Of a DNA stretch of 64,000 bases, positions 61,960 through 64,000 are shown in pieces (position 1 is the stretch's first letter; each line of letters begins with the position of its first letter). Source of the stretch: Dicyema japonicum (lineage: Eukaryota > Animalia > Dicyemida). Location: the NCBI GenBank assembly GCA_011109175.1, contig RDEW01000004.1, forward strand, positions 24,996 to 88,995, read 5' to 3'. A program made the translations under genes and the position numbers. Below the pieces are notes generated by a model. That model was given only the letters and a program-made list of their open reading frames with translations. It had not been told where the DNA came from and ran no database searches.

Positions 61960-64000
61960 GTGTCGTTATGTGGTCCACCAATTCAAAAAATTCAAAAGTA
62001 ACGCCCAGAGGGCTTCTAATGCCCTCCCGAAAAGGACCATTAGACCTTTTTCTCCCGGAGTCATTATCGACCCCCCGGCGATGTGCTTCAAAAAAGTTTA
62101 AACTTTCCTGGAGAAAACCCTCATCCAACTGTGGAGAAAGGAAGTTGACTGCTCTTCAATTGAACATCAACGGAACTAAAGGCAAAGTTAGGGAACTCCG
62201 TTCAATCCTGGGAAATCAGAAGATCGACGTGGCTATGATCCAAGAAACTAAACTCCGCATGAATGATCCCACTCCTTCATTCCCTGGATACGAGGCTATC
62301 AGGATGGACCGCAAAAAGAGAAGAGGGGGCGGACTACTTACTCTATTCAAAAAGAACCTGAAATGCAAAGACATTACTTCGGAAGTGAGGAAACTTGTTG
62401 GAAATGACGAGGTTACTGAGGCAATTGGAATCTCGCTTGGGACAACGAAAGGAAGTCTGTGTCTCGTGAATATATACTTTCCTCCTTCCGGCTCCTGCCC
62501 AAAGGACTATGTTATTCTAAACCTATAAAGATTGCTATCTACGAGGAGATCATCATATGTGGAGATTTAAACGCAAAGCACCCCGTATGGTTGTCAACCC
62601 AACAGGCCGACACGAGAGGCAAGCTATTGTTATTGAAAACGGACTCCCTAACGATGCAGAATGACCCAGCGAAAAATACAAGGACCCCACTCAGAGAGAC
62701 GGATCAGCCTACCTCTTCCGACGTAACACTCTGTTCCACATCACTTTCATCGAAACTTACCTGGTCATTCTTTTACGAAGCAAGAAGCGATCATAACCCG
62801 ATTGTGATGAAGATCAAGAGAGAAGTCAAAGTGAGGAGAACAGCTAGTTATAATTGCTGCAAATTGTATCGCGCAATCTCTGATGATAGACTGAAGAATT
62901 GTTACTTGGACAGCTTCAAATCGCTAGAAAAAGCGATCAAATAATTTACTTGCACAATCCTAGAAACAAGATCATTGCCTATTCTCAAGCATCGTCTAAA
63001 TTCCTCTGATGGTCTAGGGAAATCGGCATTGATTAAAGAAAGAAATCACCTCAAAAAGTCTAATTGGATCACATTAGAAACGAAACTCCGGATCAGAGCT
63101 CTAAACAACGAAATAAAGGCCAGAGAGTTCAAGGTTCAGAAATTGAAGTGGAATCGGATTCTTACAAGGGTAAATCGCAACCATAGTACCGGAGAAGTGT
63201 GAAAGCAAACTTTCCCTGATGATGACTATACTCAACGAGACTTAACAATTTGATAAAATTATACACAAAAATTTCGTACAAAAAACACAGGAAGTCGGAA
63301 GTGCTACTTTCTTCACGCAGAAAACTGAAGAAGGATTCTAACCCAGTTTATTTCTCGGATGAAGACGATGACTATACTCAACGAGACTTAACAATTTGAT
63401 AAAATTATACACAAAAATTTCGTACAAAAAACACAGGAAGTCGGAAGTGCTACTTTCTTCACGCAGAAAACTGAAGAAGGATTCTAACCCAGTTTATTTC
63501 TCGGATGAAGACGTGAAGAATGGGCTGCGTTTTACAAGAACAACGAACTCGGCCGGTCCCGACAACTTTCCAGTATTGTTATTGAAGAACCTTGGAGATA
63601 TGGGAGTCGGTTTTCTAACGTCGATTTTCAACTATTCAATTAATTGTAATGTAATACCGTTGTTATGGAAGCAAGTCAACATCCGATATATACTGAAACC
63701 TGGAAAACCTAAGGAAGATCCGGCATTATTTAGACTTGTGTCATTGTTATGATCCGTATCGAAAATCCTGGAGAGGCTTGTGTCTGGGAGAATCAAGGCT
63801 TTCTTACCAGAAAAGGATTTTCAACACGGATTCAAGAGCGATTGTTCTACATCAACGTACCTAAAGAAATTAACCAACTTCATTAAAGATGGATTTTCAA
63901 ACAAACCAAGGCATTTGAAAACAGTCTTATGTTTTATTGATATTAACAAGGCTTTTGATTCTATTTCGAGAAAAATATTATCAAAGAAAATTTTCCAGTC
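61960..64000 (+). mobile_element. Family A LINE, 5' end, APE and RT N-terminus (runs out of window)
   Basis: 5' motif GTGTCGTTATGTGGTCCACC with ATG 61968 in frame to LQLNINGTKG, MIQETK; CGDLNAKH; SAGPD; FQHGF, DINKAFD. Confidence 0.85.

Noticed and set aside
63221-63512. Exact 146-bp tandem duplication in a LINE
   Set aside because: Identical copies inside a decayed element suggest misassembly or a trivial slippage event; no functional sign.
1-64000. CRISPR arrays, rRNA genes, prokaryotic operons or a non-standard genetic code
   Set aside because: No regularly spaced repeat-spacer units or rRNA signatures; genes are spliceosomal; TAA, TAG and TGA all behave as stops in conserved genes.

Overview
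AT-rich animal nuclear DNA in the standard genetic code. Five clear or probable host genes with 21-34 nt GT-AG introns (myosin regulatory light chain, ERCC6L/PICH helicase, tektin, CDP-DAG synthase and an unidentified coiled-coil protein), an intronless divergent Ras-family GTPase and one or two poorly resolved genes sit as islands among mostly decayed transposons. The TEs include APE-RT LINEs, RTE, CRE-like and R4/Dong-like RLE retroelements, Ginger-type integrase transposons, hAT and pogo/Tigger. Tiny introns plus a tektin fit a dicyemid mesozoan (inference). The most interesting system is an ORF1-less APE-RT LINE family ('family A') with an Ingi/L1Tc-like layout: a 5' pseudoknot-like structure with HDV-ribozyme helix order, a 2A/StopGo motif (GDIELNPGP) just before the endonuclease, a covarying 3' hairpin, TSD-flanked micro-insertions and a SINE-like derivative sharing both ends. 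An RTE looks intact apart from one homopolymer indel. Several frameshifts and N-joined duplications look like assembly errors. All calls come from reading the sequence by eye; TE boundaries are approximate.
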